A DNA stretch of 64,000 bases from Octopus vulgaris (taxonomy: Eukaryota): NCBI GenBank assembly GCA_951406725.2, contig OX597816.1, positions 83,700,001 through 83,764,000 of the forward strand, written 5' to 3'. This document shows positions 37,563 to 52,110 of this stretch, piece after piece. How positions within the stretch are numbered: position 1 is the first letter of the stretch; every line of letters begins with the position of its first letter. The translations under genes were made by a program, and so were the position numbers. A model generated the notes under the pieces. It had not been told where the DNA came from. It ran no database searches and saw only the letters and a program-made list of their open reading frames with translations.

Positions 37563-39359
37563 ATATTTATCATATAATTTTTAATTCAGTTACAAGGCCC
37601 ACCCCACGCATCTTAATGAAAGCGTGTACTTGTCCATTTCAACTATACTATATAAATAGTAGCTATTCAATATATAGCCACGAAAATCTAACAGAACAAA
37701 AATAAATGCTGTCTCTTTCTCTAATTAAACCTTGAGTAATAAAAAAATTAACAAGGGCGCACCATCAGCTGGTTCTTAGGTGCCTACATCGGAGTTCACC
37801 CTGTTGCAAGCAATCGGGGTAGGTTACCAGTTTGAGGATAATTTCCGCCTTTTTATCTCCGATGGAGTGAGAAAACAAATGATCATGAGTGTGATCCTTC
37901 TCTTTTTGACTAAACGGTAAATAAATATCATTACAAATGCGCCATGGTAGAAAAATAGATAAGAGTGTCACATCTGAATTTCTGTGGATCGTACGTGAAC
38001 TCGATCGGGGCTGACTTATCTCATATCTCCTATGTCCAATGAGTGTAATATTTTCGCCAAGAGGCTATTGATTTCTTATATCAATATATGGCCTGACATC
38101 TGGATGGAGTGAGGAAACAGTCACTTACATCGACTCCAGTATTTCACTGGTACTTAAGTTTATTACCAAGAATATATTAAAGCGCAGATGATAAAAAATT
38201 TATAATCCTTGCATTAAGATATGAGAAGTAGCTTAATGTCTGTTCGTCTAGCTGTCTGGCTTTTGTTTCACACCCCCTACACACATACATAAAATCTCAT
38301 ATACACATGCATACACACATAGGTGATACCAGACACACGCATATACACTCAGGCTTCTCTCTTTCTCTCATCTTCTGTTTGCATGGCTGTCTATACGACT
38401 CCCTCTACTCACCTCTCAACCTTTCTCTCTCTCTCTCTCTCAAACACACACACACAAACACACACGCATCGTTACACTCCACCCCACACACACACATATA
38501 TAAACAGAAATATGTTAACAAAGTGTGTCTAATATCACGATGAAATTAAACCCCGAATATAGCAGAATCCCCATATGTTCAGAATGTGTTTATTGACGTC
38601 TCGCAGCATCTCAGAAGACCTAACCAGGATGATGATGATGATAATTACGACGATGATGATGATGATGATCATCATCATCACCATCATCATTATCGTCATT
38701 AATATACATAGCCACACCAACCAGTATGTACCCTTACCATCTCACATCATAATTCTCATCATCTCATCATCCGCCTCCTCCTCCCCCTCCTCCTCCACAT
38801 CATCATCATCATCATCACCAGCTGCAGCAGCATCAGCAGTGTCATCGTCCGTGTCGCGGGCTTCGTTTGTTACTTCTTCAGTATATTATATTTCTATATT
38901 AGTTATATATTCTTTTCAAATACGTTAAAACTTGTCTGTCGGGTTTTGGGGGCCTACGTGCCCCGTGTATTGCGACGGTAGATCGGGGAGCCAAAGTGTG
39001 ACCCCACCCCACCCTCACTATTGCAGATATTGTCAACAGTCAGTGTTCATCTAGCGGTTTTATACGCACATACACAGTCGCGTATGTATAATTATTTCGA
39101 TAACTCGCTATATGAGTACATACATAGACATATATGCGAGTGTGTAAACATTATGTAAATAAATATAAATACACACAAATATGCATGCGTGTATGCATAT
39201 ATATCCACACACACACACACTCGCATACACACATATATGTATACATACACACATGTATATACATACATATACACGTACACGCATGTATATACAAATATAC
39301 ATATAAACTGCACATATACACACATATATATATGTGGGTGTGTGTATGTGTGTGTGAAT

Positions 39360-39403
<44 letters not shown>

Positions 39404-39818
39404 CATATACATATATGTATATGTGCATGCATACACACAAAAACTGTAGGTGCCCCTACTGTCTTATCTAACCTACTTCCCCACCAACACCTAATGTCTG
39501 AACCGCTCTCCTGTGTTCTCTTGTCTTCGCCTATATCATCGCCACCGCCTTTCTCCACTTACACGACCCGTTCTCCACCCGAACCCTTACCCTGACATGT
39601 TTTTATTTCTCATACCCGAAATCCACGAACGAAGAATTCAAGAGGCTCTTCTCCTCAGCGGTAGCTTTAAGTAGTCATTTTTTTTCTTCTTTTACACGCA
39701 TGCAGTTACATAGAAACACTCAAAAAAAACACTCTCACACACACATTCCTACATGCTTGTGTGTGTATCCACAAACTTAGAACTGTTATGCGTGTATGAA
39801 TACACAGACACACATATG

Positions 39819-39849
<31 letters not shown>

Positions 39850-39950
39850 CCATATATATATATATATATATATTTATATTTACACACATACATAGATATA
39901 AATATAAATATATATCTACATAAGAATCAATTTCTCTCACCCTCTCAGTC

Positions 39951-39991
<41 letters not shown>

Positions 39992-40124
39992 GCACGCGCG
40001 TGTGTATATGTGTGTGTGTGTGTGCATACATATATTCTTTTATTTTTTACTTATTAGTTTCAGACAAAGATTGTGGCCATACTGGGACCCCACCATTATA
40101 TAATTATATGTATATATATATATG

Positions 40125-40166
<42 letters not shown>

Positions 40167-40240
40167 AATAAAATATATGCATATATATAAACATATATGT
40201 ACGTACCTACCTCTACATGTACATATACACGCATATATGT

Positions 40241-40400
40241 GTACAGGACACCAAAAAGACGTCGAACACATAGAGAGACGAAAAACATAGACACAAACCA
40301 AGGAACAAGACAAGCAAAAAAAAGGAGATACAGGACAATAAGCACAACGAAAAATCCCCTTCTTCAGTCGCTAAAGTTTCATCTACTAAACGTTTCGATG
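40241..40400 (-). mobile_element. Relative of the 6.0-6.3 kb fold-back element (single arm)
   Basis: It begins GTACAGGACAC and carries (minus strand) GACTGAAGAAGGGG, like CAACTGATGAAGGG at 6111; it is embedded in TA-rich repeats. Confidence 0.55.
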
Positions 40401-40847
40401 TATATAGATACATAGATAGATAGACAGATAGATAGATATACACATCTCTCACTATATATTCATATATATGCATATATTAAATATATACACGCATATATAT
40501 ACGTAAATGTATGCGTTCGTAGTTATATATATGTATATATATATGTACAAACATGCATACATACATGCACGCAAGTATGTATATAGAAGTTTCAGATTTC
40601 ATTCTCTCTTCCCAGCTCTATATGCCGATAAAGAAAGAGAGAGACGACAGCAAAAGGGAGGGAATGAAAGATGATCGGTTGAGAGACAGAGGGAGATAGG
40701 TGTAGAAACAGAGAAGTGAGAGATTGGGAGAGATTTAAAGTAACAGAGAAAGAGAGAGAATGAACGAACTACAAGGAAAGAAATTTAGATGATTAAATAA
40801 GTATGTATAAGCTCTTATTTCAGTAATAGCATCTATTAGGCTGAGAA

Positions 40848-40850
40848 AAG

Positions 40851-40906
<56 letters not shown>

Positions 40907-40983
40907 GGGAGAGAGAGAGAGAGAGAGTCAGACAGATATACAGATAGACAGAAAGAGATTCAGAAAACCAGACAGACAGAGAA

Positions 40984-41040
<57 letters not shown>

Positions 41041-41047
41041 CAGAGAA

Positions 41048-41141
<94 letters not shown>

Positions 41142-41199
41142 GGATGGATGGATGGATAGATAGATAGATAGATAGATAGATATATAGATAGATAGATAA

Positions 41200-41252
<53 letters not shown>

Positions 41253-41267
41253 TAGTTAGATAGATAG
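40848..41267. repeat. Compound (GATA)n/(GA)n microsatellite
   Basis: Directly visible. Confidence 0.95.
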
Positions 41268-42821
41268 TAAGAATAATATAAACTTCTAGATAGAAAGTTA
41301 CAATAATTGATACCTTAATAGATATGAATGTTTATGTGTATGAATATATATATACATACATATTTAATGTTTCATGTCGACCCAGTAGTTATACCAATCT
41401 GATGCCACACAATTTATTGCGCTCTGTTTCTCGCACCGTTAGGTTACGGGATATAAAAATGATACAAAATGACAGACACGTGCACGTGTATAAGAGAGAG
41501 ATAGAGAGAGAAAGAGAAAGAGAGAGAAAGAGGAGAGGGAGAAGGAGAGAGAGTCTATATAGCGCAACTAAGTGAGCGAATGTGTACAGCATATTAGTGC
41601 AAAACAAGTTGTGTGTTAAGTTATAAGTCCTCTTAGTGATACTGTAACTGTAACTGGTGATGTGCATTGTCGCAGGGGGGAGGCGTGATTTGAACCAGTA
41701 TACTACAACTATTTAATTTATCATTCTATGAATGGAGAGCATCAAAGGCACCTGAAGGTACTGAAAAAGTAGTAAAACCCAGATAGACGAAATATATATA
41801 TATTTTTTTTCATTTCATAGAAGATTAATCAGTGGTTTGATTTTTGCACTTCTTCGAACTCACTCCCCGATTGGCGATATTGTTGCGGTTGATATTCAGT
41901 TTGAACATTGCTGGATCGAAATAAACAAAAAAAACAAACAAACAAACAAACAAAAAAACACCAAAAAAAAACGGTGTTAGATGTTTGGATTTTGAGAACA
42001 ACGACTGGGAAACGACAGGTTTATCGCGGAATCTATGGAGTCATAACAGAAATAGTTAAATTGAGAAAGTGGATTGGAGAAATGAAGTTAGTTCAAATAA
42101 GCATAGGATGTTGCAGTAAGGATAGAACACACAGGGTCAGTTCGATTTTGAAGCCAGCTGATGATTAAATCGTTGCCAAGTGATATCGTGCAGTCCCAGT
42201 TGAAATAATTATCAAAAAATGTCGAAATCCGTATTCCCTGAATGCAAGAGTGTGGCTAGAGAGAGTGAAAGAACTCATTTAGGGTATGACATATTTTTCT
42301 TTGGAGTTTAGAGTAAATTAGGGTGTCAGGACTCTTAGGGATAGGAAGGTTGATAGGGCCGGTAGGTCACAGAAACTTTTGAAGCCACAATTCTTGGACA
42401 TTTGTGTGTGTGAGTGTGTAGTGGCCTGTCCAATAGACTGAGTACGATATAATAGTATGGCACATATTCGAGTTTTGCAGAGATCTGGCTTAAATTATTT
42501 TCTGAAACCAAAAACGGATTGTATTATTGTAATGATTTTAAGAGGCACCGTAATGTATTACAGATTGCGTGAACCGATTAAGGATACACTACGTGACCCA
42601 CCTACTGGAAATAACAACCACATTTCCTCAAATCGCATCCTAGTGTCTTAGGAAAAATCACACGTTTGTTTGTGTTGTTCTGGGTATCCTCAACAGGATG
42701 GCCAGGAATGGGATATGCTTGATCAATATTGCAGAACAGTTTCAGCACCAGCATCACAGATCGTGGAACTGAACATTTTATAACGAACGTGAGATGGTGG
42801 TTCATGCATATTACAGTGGTT

Positions 42822-43305
42822 CTCCGTCGGTAAAGCCAACGAACATTCTAGTTGATCCGATCAACAGAACAGCTTGCTCGTAAAACTAACGTGCAAATGG
42901 CTGAGCACTCCACAAACATCCGTTTTGCCGTTCAAGAATATGGACCTGGAGATCTCCATTTCCAGCGACTTCGAGGGGGACCTCCCAGTGGTGTCGGGTG
43001 TCAACAAAGAGACCTCGACTACAACAAGACGACCAAAGTTTTTTTTTTCCCAAGGTCTGGGGTGTCGCACCCCTAAGCCTTAGACCATCACCTAGTCACC
43101 CTTACCCGTCTTGTTGCTTAACAACAACAACAAACATCCGTTACCTTAAAGTAGGAAGATTCAGCGTGAAAAAAGAGAGACAAAGCTGGTCTTTTGAAAT
43201 ACAGACACAACTCATTTTGTGATGAGCAACATAAAATAAAGTGTTTCCTTCAAGAAGCGCTTCGCTTCGTCAGGAATCGAACACATAGCTTTATGATCGT
43301 AAGCC
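42822..43305 (-). mobile_element. SINE family C variant interrupted by a nested insertion
   Basis: 42822-42924 and 43143-43305 are the reverse complement of parts of 58339-58660. Confidence 0.75.
42925..43129 (+). mobile_element. ~205-bp retroposed insertion with (ACA)n tail and 13-bp TSD
   Basis: ACAAACATCCGTT is duplicated at 42912-42924 and 43130-43142; the tail is ACAACAACA. Confidence 0.85.
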
Positions 43306-43634
43306 TTCATGTATATTATTTATGACTAAAATTACATTTAAATAAATATTTTATCGATCCTGCCAAGGATACAAGTAAACGTACACAAACAAAACTCAGT
43401 ATTGCAAGCCATTTAGTTCGGCGCCCTGCCGTTTCTGCCGTCGCGATGAATATAATCGTAAAAATTGAAGTATGGTGATGCGACGGGTGCAGAGCTTCGG
43501 GATGGATGCTGGGTGCATCACGATTGTTTCTCAGCGGTTGGTGGTCTCAGTGATGAGTAGATTCTGGGTGGAGGAATGTATGAGCAAGGGTAGAGTAAGG
43601 TAGGGGTAGGAAACGAAAATAAAGTCAAAACAGG

Positions 43635-43695
43635 ATATATATATGTATGTGTGTGTGTGTGTATGTTTATATAAAGATACAATTCTCTCTCAATG

Positions 43696-43765
<70 letters not shown>

Positions 43766-43786
43766 CACACACACACAACATGCATG

Positions 43787-43844
<58 letters not shown>

Positions 43845-43954
43845 TATATACATACATATACACACACACACACACACACATATATATCTACATGCATGTA
43901 CGCATGTCGATATATATATGTGTGTGTGTATGGATTTATCTGTGTGTGTATATA

Positions 43955-43989
<35 letters not shown>

Positions 43990-44052
43990 GTAAATATATA
44001 TATGTATATATATATATGTATATATGTATATGTATATATGTATATATATGTA

Positions 44053-44114
<62 letters not shown>

Positions 44115-44281
44115 CGCATATATATATACACACTCGCGCGCTAACAAACACTTTCAAAATAACTTTTTCAACGCTATTTGATATCTTAAGTGTTTCTATC
44201 CTACTAACATTGTATGCATGTGTGTGTGTGCGTGTGTATGTTTACAGAAAAGCATACGCAAAAACACTCACTCGCATGTAC

Positions 44282-44326
<45 letters not shown>

Positions 44327-44401
44327 CATATATATATATACATACACATACATACAAACATACATATATACATACATACATATGTGTGCGTTTATGTATG
44401 T

Positions 44402-44446
<45 letters not shown>

Positions 44447-44455
44447 ATTATATAT
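43635..44455. repeat. Large compound (TA)n/(CA)n/(TG)n field
   Basis: Directly visible; it is the source of many YI/CV/HT ORFs. Confidence 0.95.
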
Positions 44456-44642
44456 ATAGGTAGGTCATATTATCCGTTTGTTGTCTTTATATTTAATCCT
44501 GAATATATATATATATATATGTCCATAAACTACATGTGATGCACATGTAAATATATGCATAGATACGTGTATTACACGTAGTTTATAAATATATACGTTT
44601 ATTTGTGACTGTAAACGCAGTGCGTATAAAGGAACGGTTGAA

Positions 44643-44675
<33 letters not shown>

Positions 44676-44814
44676 TATTTGTGTGTGTGTGTGTATATAA
44701 ATATATATATATTCCTTTCTTATTTTTATTCTAGTACATGTTTCAGTCCTGAGTCGGTGGCCATGATATGACAGAAGCGAATAAAAGTTATGTACTATAT
44801 ATGTATGGTACATA

Positions 44815-44903
44815 TTATCTTTTATTCGTTTTAAGCCGTAGCCCGGATACGCTGGGCACCACTTGAAGAATTCTTGCCGAACTAGAATTCTTTCTGCCGC
44901 TCA

Positions 44904-44980
<77 letters not shown>

Positions 44981-45155
44981 AGAGGCATACATGCATATTC
45001 TATTATGGTGCTTCCCTACTAGTTTCCCGTCTACTAGTCTCACCGACAGGACTTTGTTCGATCCGAGGCTGTAGTAGACGACACCTGCCCTAGGTGCCAC
45101 GCGAAAACATGAGGATGGGACGCAATCTTCTGACCACACACCCACGCCAGCACCT
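44815..45155 (-). mobile_element. SINE family A, degenerate, with internal (CA)n
   Basis: Tail-like GCTGGGCACCACTTGAAG, then (CA)n, then AGTTTCCCGTCTAC...GAGGCTGTAGTAGACGACACCTGCCCTAGGTGCCACGC. Confidence 0.65.
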
Positions 45156-46313
45156 ATATATAAGTACACATTCATAAACAAACACACACACACACACATG
45201 CATACACATGCACTGATATGCAACAGTGAGAATGTGTGTTCAGTACCGCATTGGTGAAAAGATATTCTCTATTTATGAGTTAACAGAGCTACCAATGGTT
45301 TCATGCAGCGAGAAATCTCTCGACAGTTATCAAGCTTTCTACATGAGAACATTGGTGCTCGTCTCCATCTAGCCATTGTGTTCATAGTAGTATGGTGCTG
45401 ATGGTAATAGTTCGACGTGGTATTTGTGTATTGGAATGTGTATTAATAGTGGCTTAGCAATAGAGTTGGTTGACATAATGGCGAGGGTTACTTGTAAATT
45501 CAAAGAGTGTGGTAGAAGTGTTTGCGTCCGTGTTGGAGCTAGCGAAGCCATAGTGTTCGTTGTAATTAGTGTTGTTGTTACGGTGGTGGTAGCGTTGGTG
45601 GTAGTGGTGGTTGCAGTAGTGTTGTTGTTAGTGGTGGTATTGGTGGTGGCATTGGTAGCGGTGGTGGTGGTGATGGTGGTGGCTGTAATAGTAATGGTAT
45701 TGTCGTTGGTAGTGGTAGCAGTCATGTGTTCGCGTCCGTGTTGGAGCTAGTGATGCTTTGGCGTTGCTGTAAGTGTTGTTGTTACGGTAGTGGTAGTGGT
45801 AGTTGTGGTGGTGGTTGTGGTGTTGGTGATAATGGTGGTGACTGTAGTAGTAGTGTTGGTGGAGGTGGCAGTTGTGGTGGTGGTGGTGGTGGCGGCGGCG
45901 GCGGCGGCGGTGGTGATAATTTTATGGGAATGGTGGTTGGAACACAGCAGTGTTGTGACAGAGTGACAGAGGAGTCGAGACAAAACAAAACAAAGAAGAA
46001 AAATATACAAAAATAAAGCAACAAATAAAAATACGTGACGGGACAAAAGAAAAAAAAATAAAGCGTTTCAAATAGGATGAAACAGAGGTGCTTGGGGGGG
46101 TGGAAAGGAAGGAGGAGGAAGGTGGAGATAATATTTGGAGGATGGAGGTTATATGATGTGGAGCAACATACGAAATTTTAAGTAATTTTACAGCAGAACA
46201 CAGCAGAGACGATTTGTCTGTCTGTTTGTCTGTTTGTCTGTTCATTCGGTAATATGTCTGTTTTTATCTGTCTCACTGACAGTAATATACGTGTGTGTGT
46301 AAGCATGTGTGCG

Positions 46314-46346
<33 letters not shown>

Positions 46347-46411
46347 TTCTGTCTGGCTCACCCGGTCCATCTATAATAACTGTTTATATTCTAAAACAAC
46401 TGTATGTATGC

Positions 46412-46482
<71 letters not shown>

Positions 46483-46489
46483 CAAAATT

Positions 46490-46866
46490 CTTTTATTCTT
46501 TTATTTGTTTCAGTCATTTGAGTGCGGCCATGCTGGAGCACTACCTTCATTCGAACTAATCGAACCCAGGACTTAGTCTTAGGACTAAGCCTAGTACTAA
46601 TTCTATCGGTCTCTTTTACCAAACCGTGAAGTTACGGGGACTAAACACACCAACATCGGTTGTCAAGCGATGGTGGGACGACAAAGAAACAAATAAGAAA
46701 GACAGACAGACAGACAGACACAGACACATATATATATACGAAGGGCTTCTTTCAGTTTCCGTTTACCAAATCCACTCACAAGGCTTTAGTTACCCAAGGT
46801 GTCACGCAGTGGGACTGAACCCGGAACCATGTGGTTGGGAAGCAAGCTTCTTAATGCACAACCAAA
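46490..46866 (-). mobile_element. SINE family A
   Basis: From tail TTGTTTCAGTCATTTGAGTGCGGCCATGCTGGAGCAC to head GCAGTGGGACTGAACCCGGAACCATGTGG. Confidence 0.9.
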
Positions 46867-46892
46867 CATATAATGATAGATAGATAGACATT

Positions 46893-47301
46893 CTTTTCTT
46901 TTCTACTCTAGACACAAGGCCCGAAATTTTGGGGAAGGGGAGCAGTCGATTAGATCGACCCCAGTTCGCAACTGGTACTCAATTTATTGACCCCGAAAGG
47001 ATGATAGGTAAAGTCGACCTCGGCAGAATTTGAACTTAGAACGTAAAGACAGCCGAAATACCTATTTCTATTTCTTTACTATCCACAAGGAGCTAAACAC
47101 AGAGGGGACACACAAGGACAGACACACGAATTAAGTCGATTACATCGACCCCAGTGCGTAACTGGTACGTAATTTATCGACCCCGAAAGGATGAAAGGCA
47201 AAGTCGACCTCGGCGGAATTTGAACTCAGCACGTAGCGGCAGACGAAATACCGCTAAGCATTTCGCCCGGCGTGCTAACGTTTCTGCCAGATTATCGCCT
47301 T
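46893..47301 (-). mobile_element. SINE family B dimer with 15-bp TSD
   Basis: Two body units joined by the Tx1-like linker; TSD AGATAGATAGA(C/T)ATT at 46878-46892 and 47302-47316. Confidence 0.92.
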
Positions 47302-49177
47302 AGATAGATAGATATTAATAAATAGACATGGCTGTTGTGCAAGTGATAGGATATGTATTTGATGCATGTTTGTGAGTGTCTGTCTCTATCACAGATGTGC
47401 GAGTGTCTAATTATCATGAAATTTATGCGGATACACTTTGGTCTCTTATATGTAAGTATGTATATATATATATAGCTACACTGGCACGCACGTGTACAAA
47501 CATATATCAGTTATACACACTATGACAGACATACGCGATCACTGGTGTATGTGTTTCTTAATTCTGTTGCTTGCATAAAAGTACAATGCATGACACCCCA
47601 CTAGAAAAAGGAAAGAAAAAAGTCAAAAGGAAAATACTATCAAAATATATACAAGTGATTACGCGCGTGCGTGAATGTGCGTGTATGTTTGTGAAAAATA
47701 AAATGAAGTCTGGATCTCTGCTCTATTTACAATGTATGAAGTCACGTGGTGCAAAGAAAAGAATGGGTTGCGTAATAAATAAGGTCATGTGATGTGTCTC
47801 AGCGACAGACCAATTAATATTACGAATACTCTGTAGACATGTATATTTTTATAGGTAAGTGGAGGTGAATCTGAATGGAGTCTGTGAATATATGGTATAG
47901 ATGGTGACCAATATTATTTTACCTTTTATTTTCTAGAATGCTCTTGTTTTGCTTGGTGTCATTAGCTTGGTGTACAACCTTTCCGTATACTGTTGAATTG
48001 TCAAAGAAGGAATTTCTAGTGACTTTACGAAAATCTATATTTGATTAACAGAAGTGTATATCTGTTAGTGTAAAAAGATGAATTTATCAAATTATAAAAT
48101 AATTTTGACACATCGATCTTCACTCTTTCGCATATTCCATTTATTTTCTCTGTTTCCCTCATTTTTTGTATTCTTCATCCCTATTTTCATTCAACCTCTC
48201 TTTGCCTGCAATGAACAGTCAACGATATTTTCTGTAACTTTGTCTTACAATATTAAAGCAAAAAACTTCGAGGAAACTTCCTTGTTTGTTATTTATTTGA
48301 TTTTGAAAGAATTACTCTTGTCCTCAATCATTACAGATCCTTCCAAAACCGGTAAGTTCTATGTGGCTAACGTTCATAAAGATATTCTGAAATTAGTGAT
48401 ATACATAGTACAAACAGTAGAGTCAGCTGAGTTCAATGTGCTTCGCCGAGGACATTGAATTGGAGCGAAACATGTTCATAACTGCCACCTGTTGATTTTC
48501 AAGGCATATACTGCACTAATCTACATCTTTATTTTCCAAAATCGCAATGAGCTGATATTACCAGAGTTAGTTCCTTTTATTTTGTGTCTTTGTGTCTTAG
48601 AGGGAAATTTATTTCTACTAATTTTATAGCTATCAGTTAACAGAAGTTTTTGAACAATGTGTATTACAGACGTGTGTCTTCTACGGAATATGCATTCGTA
48701 TAATATGAATTAAACTCACCTGAGAATATTATTCCCTCAGTTCTAATGCTATGCAGTGAAGTGGAAGAGAAATAAATTCTTCAAAACCATTTAAATTTTC
48801 CCTCGCTCTTCTCACTCGCCCACACTTTCGACGAAAGATTTTATCCGAAACGTTACTATTCTCTGCTTCTTCAAACATAGCACTCATTCCAGCGTTTGGC
48901 GTCCTATCTCGTGGAGTATAGGTAAGTATGGTGATATATCTTCCCGTTCCGTCCTTACTACCTCTTTACTCATTAACTATTCCCAGCAATATTCCTTCCA
49001 GCCCATGTTTCTACTATGCCTTCCGTTGCATCTTCCTCAGTTCACTACTTTCGTTATTCCAGACACTCTTCCTCATTTATCTCTATATTTTAACGTATTA
49101 GTTTATGTGGTAGCAGCAGTTGTTGTTGTGCTGGTGGTGGCGGCTGAGGTAGTAGTAGTAGTAGTAGTAGTAGTAGC

Positions 49178-49217
<40 letters not shown>

Positions 49218-50130
49218 GTATCATTTACATTTTTGTGCCTAATTGGAAATCGAAACCCAATCACTTGCTTCCTGTATACCTTTTGTCGTTATTCTTCATG
49301 TTGCCTGTCATTCTCTCTCCCTCCTTCTTCCCGCCTCTTTCAGTCTACCTACCTGTCTCTATCTGCGTGTATGTGTCTCAGTCTGTCTGTCTGTCGGTCC
49401 CCGTTTCTCTTTTATTAAATGAAACATTAAACCTGACATCTAACGTAAGAATGCATTGTTGCGTATGTCCACATACAAATTTTTGTGTATACGTGTATAT
49501 ATGTGTGTGTGTTGGTTTATCCATGTATGAATGCACGCGTGGGTCGTTGTGTGTGCGTGTGCTTTGTGCGTGCAAGTGTATGCGTGCGTGCGTGTGTGTG
49601 TGTGTGTGTGCGCGCGCGTGCGTGCAAGTGTATGCGTGTGTGTTTGGAATTGACTCCAAACTGAAACTAAATCTGTTGGTGTCAGTTTTGGGTCAATTGT
49701 CCAGCAGGTTTTCAAACAAGATTTTAATTTCACATGTCATCGAGTTAAGTATTACATTATATACCCACGATGCGTGCAGCCGTTGTTGTTGTTGCTGTTG
49801 TTATTGCTGATAATATTTTTGTTGTTGTTGCTGCTTGTTACTGCTTTTATACTGACTGATGAAGTTGCGTTGTGGATGTTTCTTATCTTCACTTTCGCCA
49901 TTTTGTTGTCGTTTTTGTGATTTACTCCCCAAACAGACCTAATTGTGAAGATTTTGAATCAAAATCGTTCTAGTCCTGTCAAGCCCCCCCCCACATCCGA
50001 CACACACGTGACAAGTTTTGTAAAAGCTGTTCAGAATGTAATCTAAGAGAAATTTGGCTGCTATTACTTGCAGGTCAAGCGTCAAATAAGGATATCCTTT
50101 ATTGCTATTCAAATAAGAATATCCTTTATA

Positions 50131-50440
50131 GGCGCAGGAGTAGCTGTGTGGTAAGTAGCTTGCTTACCAACCACATGGTTCCGGATTCAGTTCCACTACA
50201 GCCTTGGGCCGACCAAAGCCTTGTGAGTGGATTTGATGGAAGGAAACTGAAAGAAGCCCGTCGTATATATGTATATATGTATATATGTATATATGTATGT
50301 GTGTGTATATGTTTGTGTCTGTGTTTGTCCCCCTATGAGACCGATAGAATACGTACTGGGCTTACAATGAATAAGTCCCGGGGTCGATTTGCTCGACTAA
50401 AGGTGGTGTTCCAGCATGACCGCAGTCAAATGACTGAAAC

Positions 50441-50443
<3 letters not shown>
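50131..50443 (+). mobile_element. SINE family A with internal deletions
   Basis: GGCGCAGGAGTAGCTGTGTGG head, internal (TA/TG)n and tail CCAGCATGACCGCAGTCAAATGACTGAAAC. Confidence 0.9.
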
Positions 50444-50483
<40 letters not shown>

Positions 50484-51104
50484 CTATAGAATACAATTAA
50501 AGGTTTTTAGCCAGCTCTATATGTAAACAAAGACAGTCAACTTGTCTGTATATAATATATCTTCGTGGAAATTGTTTCTCTATATACAACTGTCTACAAA
50601 TGTGGATCTATGTTTATAACTGTACAGAAATATTTTGTACTACATTATATCGCAATGAAACAGATAACTCCAATAATTTTTGCATATTCGCATATACTTA
50701 TTCACACATCTATACGTACACACAGTTCTGAAGAAACATTATGGATTGTAAAAAAGCTATTTAAAATATTTTGACAGGAAATAGATAAAGTAATCTAAAC
50801 AGAAATATTGATCTATCTTTCTCTTTTTATTATATTTAAGAAATAAATAAATATCCTTCTTTATTTATTGTGACTTATATGTAATAATTAATGGTGTCGT
50901 CATCATTACAGTTATTATTCCGTTTGTATAATGTTATTTTCCATGCCAGTTATTTTCTATGCCGTTATCAATTCCGTGTAAACCCAGATTTTCGTATCCC
51001 GTCCCACCCACTCCAGTATCCATTCAATCGTCGGCCCTGTGGTAAAAGATGAACTCTCCAGTCAAAGACGATTATGGGTGTCCAGCTTTTGCCGAACATG
51101 GTGT

Positions 51105-51246
51105 ACCACACGTCAGGTGTCGAAGTGATCGCAAAGCAATGTGAGATGAAGTGCTTTGCTCAAAAGCACAACGCACCCCCAGCTTAGGAGTTAAAACCAC
51201 AATCTCGCGATCATGAGAGCAACACCCTAACCCCTAGGCCATGCGT
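51105..51246 (-). mobile_element. SINE family C head and CORE fragment
   Basis: GAAGTGCTTTGCTCAAAAGCACAACGC...ACCACAATCTCGCGATCATGAG...CACCCTAACCCCTAGGCCATGCG matches 2756-2855. Confidence 0.75.
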
Positions 51247-51270
51247 GGTAAACAGAGAAACACTAATTAA

Positions 51271-51490
51271 TCCTTTCTAATAAAAGCACAAAACGTGAAA
51301 CTTTTTTGGGGAAGTGGGTAAGTCGATCACGTCGACTTTAGTGTATCACTCATACTTAATTTATCGACCCCCCAAAAAGTTGAAAGGTAAAGTCGACCTC
51401 GGCGGTATTTGAAATGAGAACATAAGGACGGTCGAAATGCCGCTAAGCATTTTGCCCAGCTTATTAACGATTCTGGCAGCTCGCCACCTT
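51271..51490 (-). mobile_element. SINE family B monomer
   Basis: From tail CCTTTCTAAT to head GCTCGCCACCTT; a degenerate + strand copy follows at ~51525-51695. Confidence 0.85.
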
Positions 51491-51724
51491 CAAAATAGTA
51501 ATTAATAATTATTGGAATGGCAGAGGTGGTGGATTGCTAGAATCATGAGAATATAAGAAAAATATTTTCTGATATTTGTTCTGACATTTTAATATTCTGA
51601 GTTCAAATTTCGTAGGGGTTAGCTTTACTTTTCCTGCTTTCCGGGTCGATAAAATAATGTGTTAGGTAAGTTCTGTGGTCAACGTAATCGAATGACACCA
51701 ATTTCTATTCAAATTACTGTACTT

Positions 51725-51942
51725 CTTTCATATTTTGCTTTTGCACTCATTAGACTGCGGCCATGCTGGGGCACCGCCTTCAAGAAGTGTTAGTCGAATG
51801 AATCGAGCCCAGTACTTATTTTCTTTAAAAAGTGCCAGACTTATTCTATTGGTATCTTAGGACGAACCACTAAGTTACAGGGACGTAAACACACCAACAC
51901 CGTTTCTCAAGCGGTGGTGGCACAAAGATTCGCGCACACATG

Positions 51943-52029
<87 letters not shown>

Positions 52030-52110
52030 AGTCTACGTCTACCAAATCAACTCACAAGACTTCTAGAATAACCCGAGGCAATTAGACTATTGTAGAAGAC
52101 ACTTGCCCAC
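51725..52110 (-). mobile_element. SINE family A (head missing) with internal (TATC)n
   Basis: Tail CATTAGACTGCGGCCATGCTGGGGCACCGCC, body, (TATC)n at 51943-52030 and GTAGAAGACACTTGCCCA. Confidence 0.85.

Noticed and set aside
38960-38985. CCCCGTGTATTGCGACGG, reminiscent of Helitron/Helentron subterminal motifs
   Set aside because: No matching second terminus or CTRR end was found.
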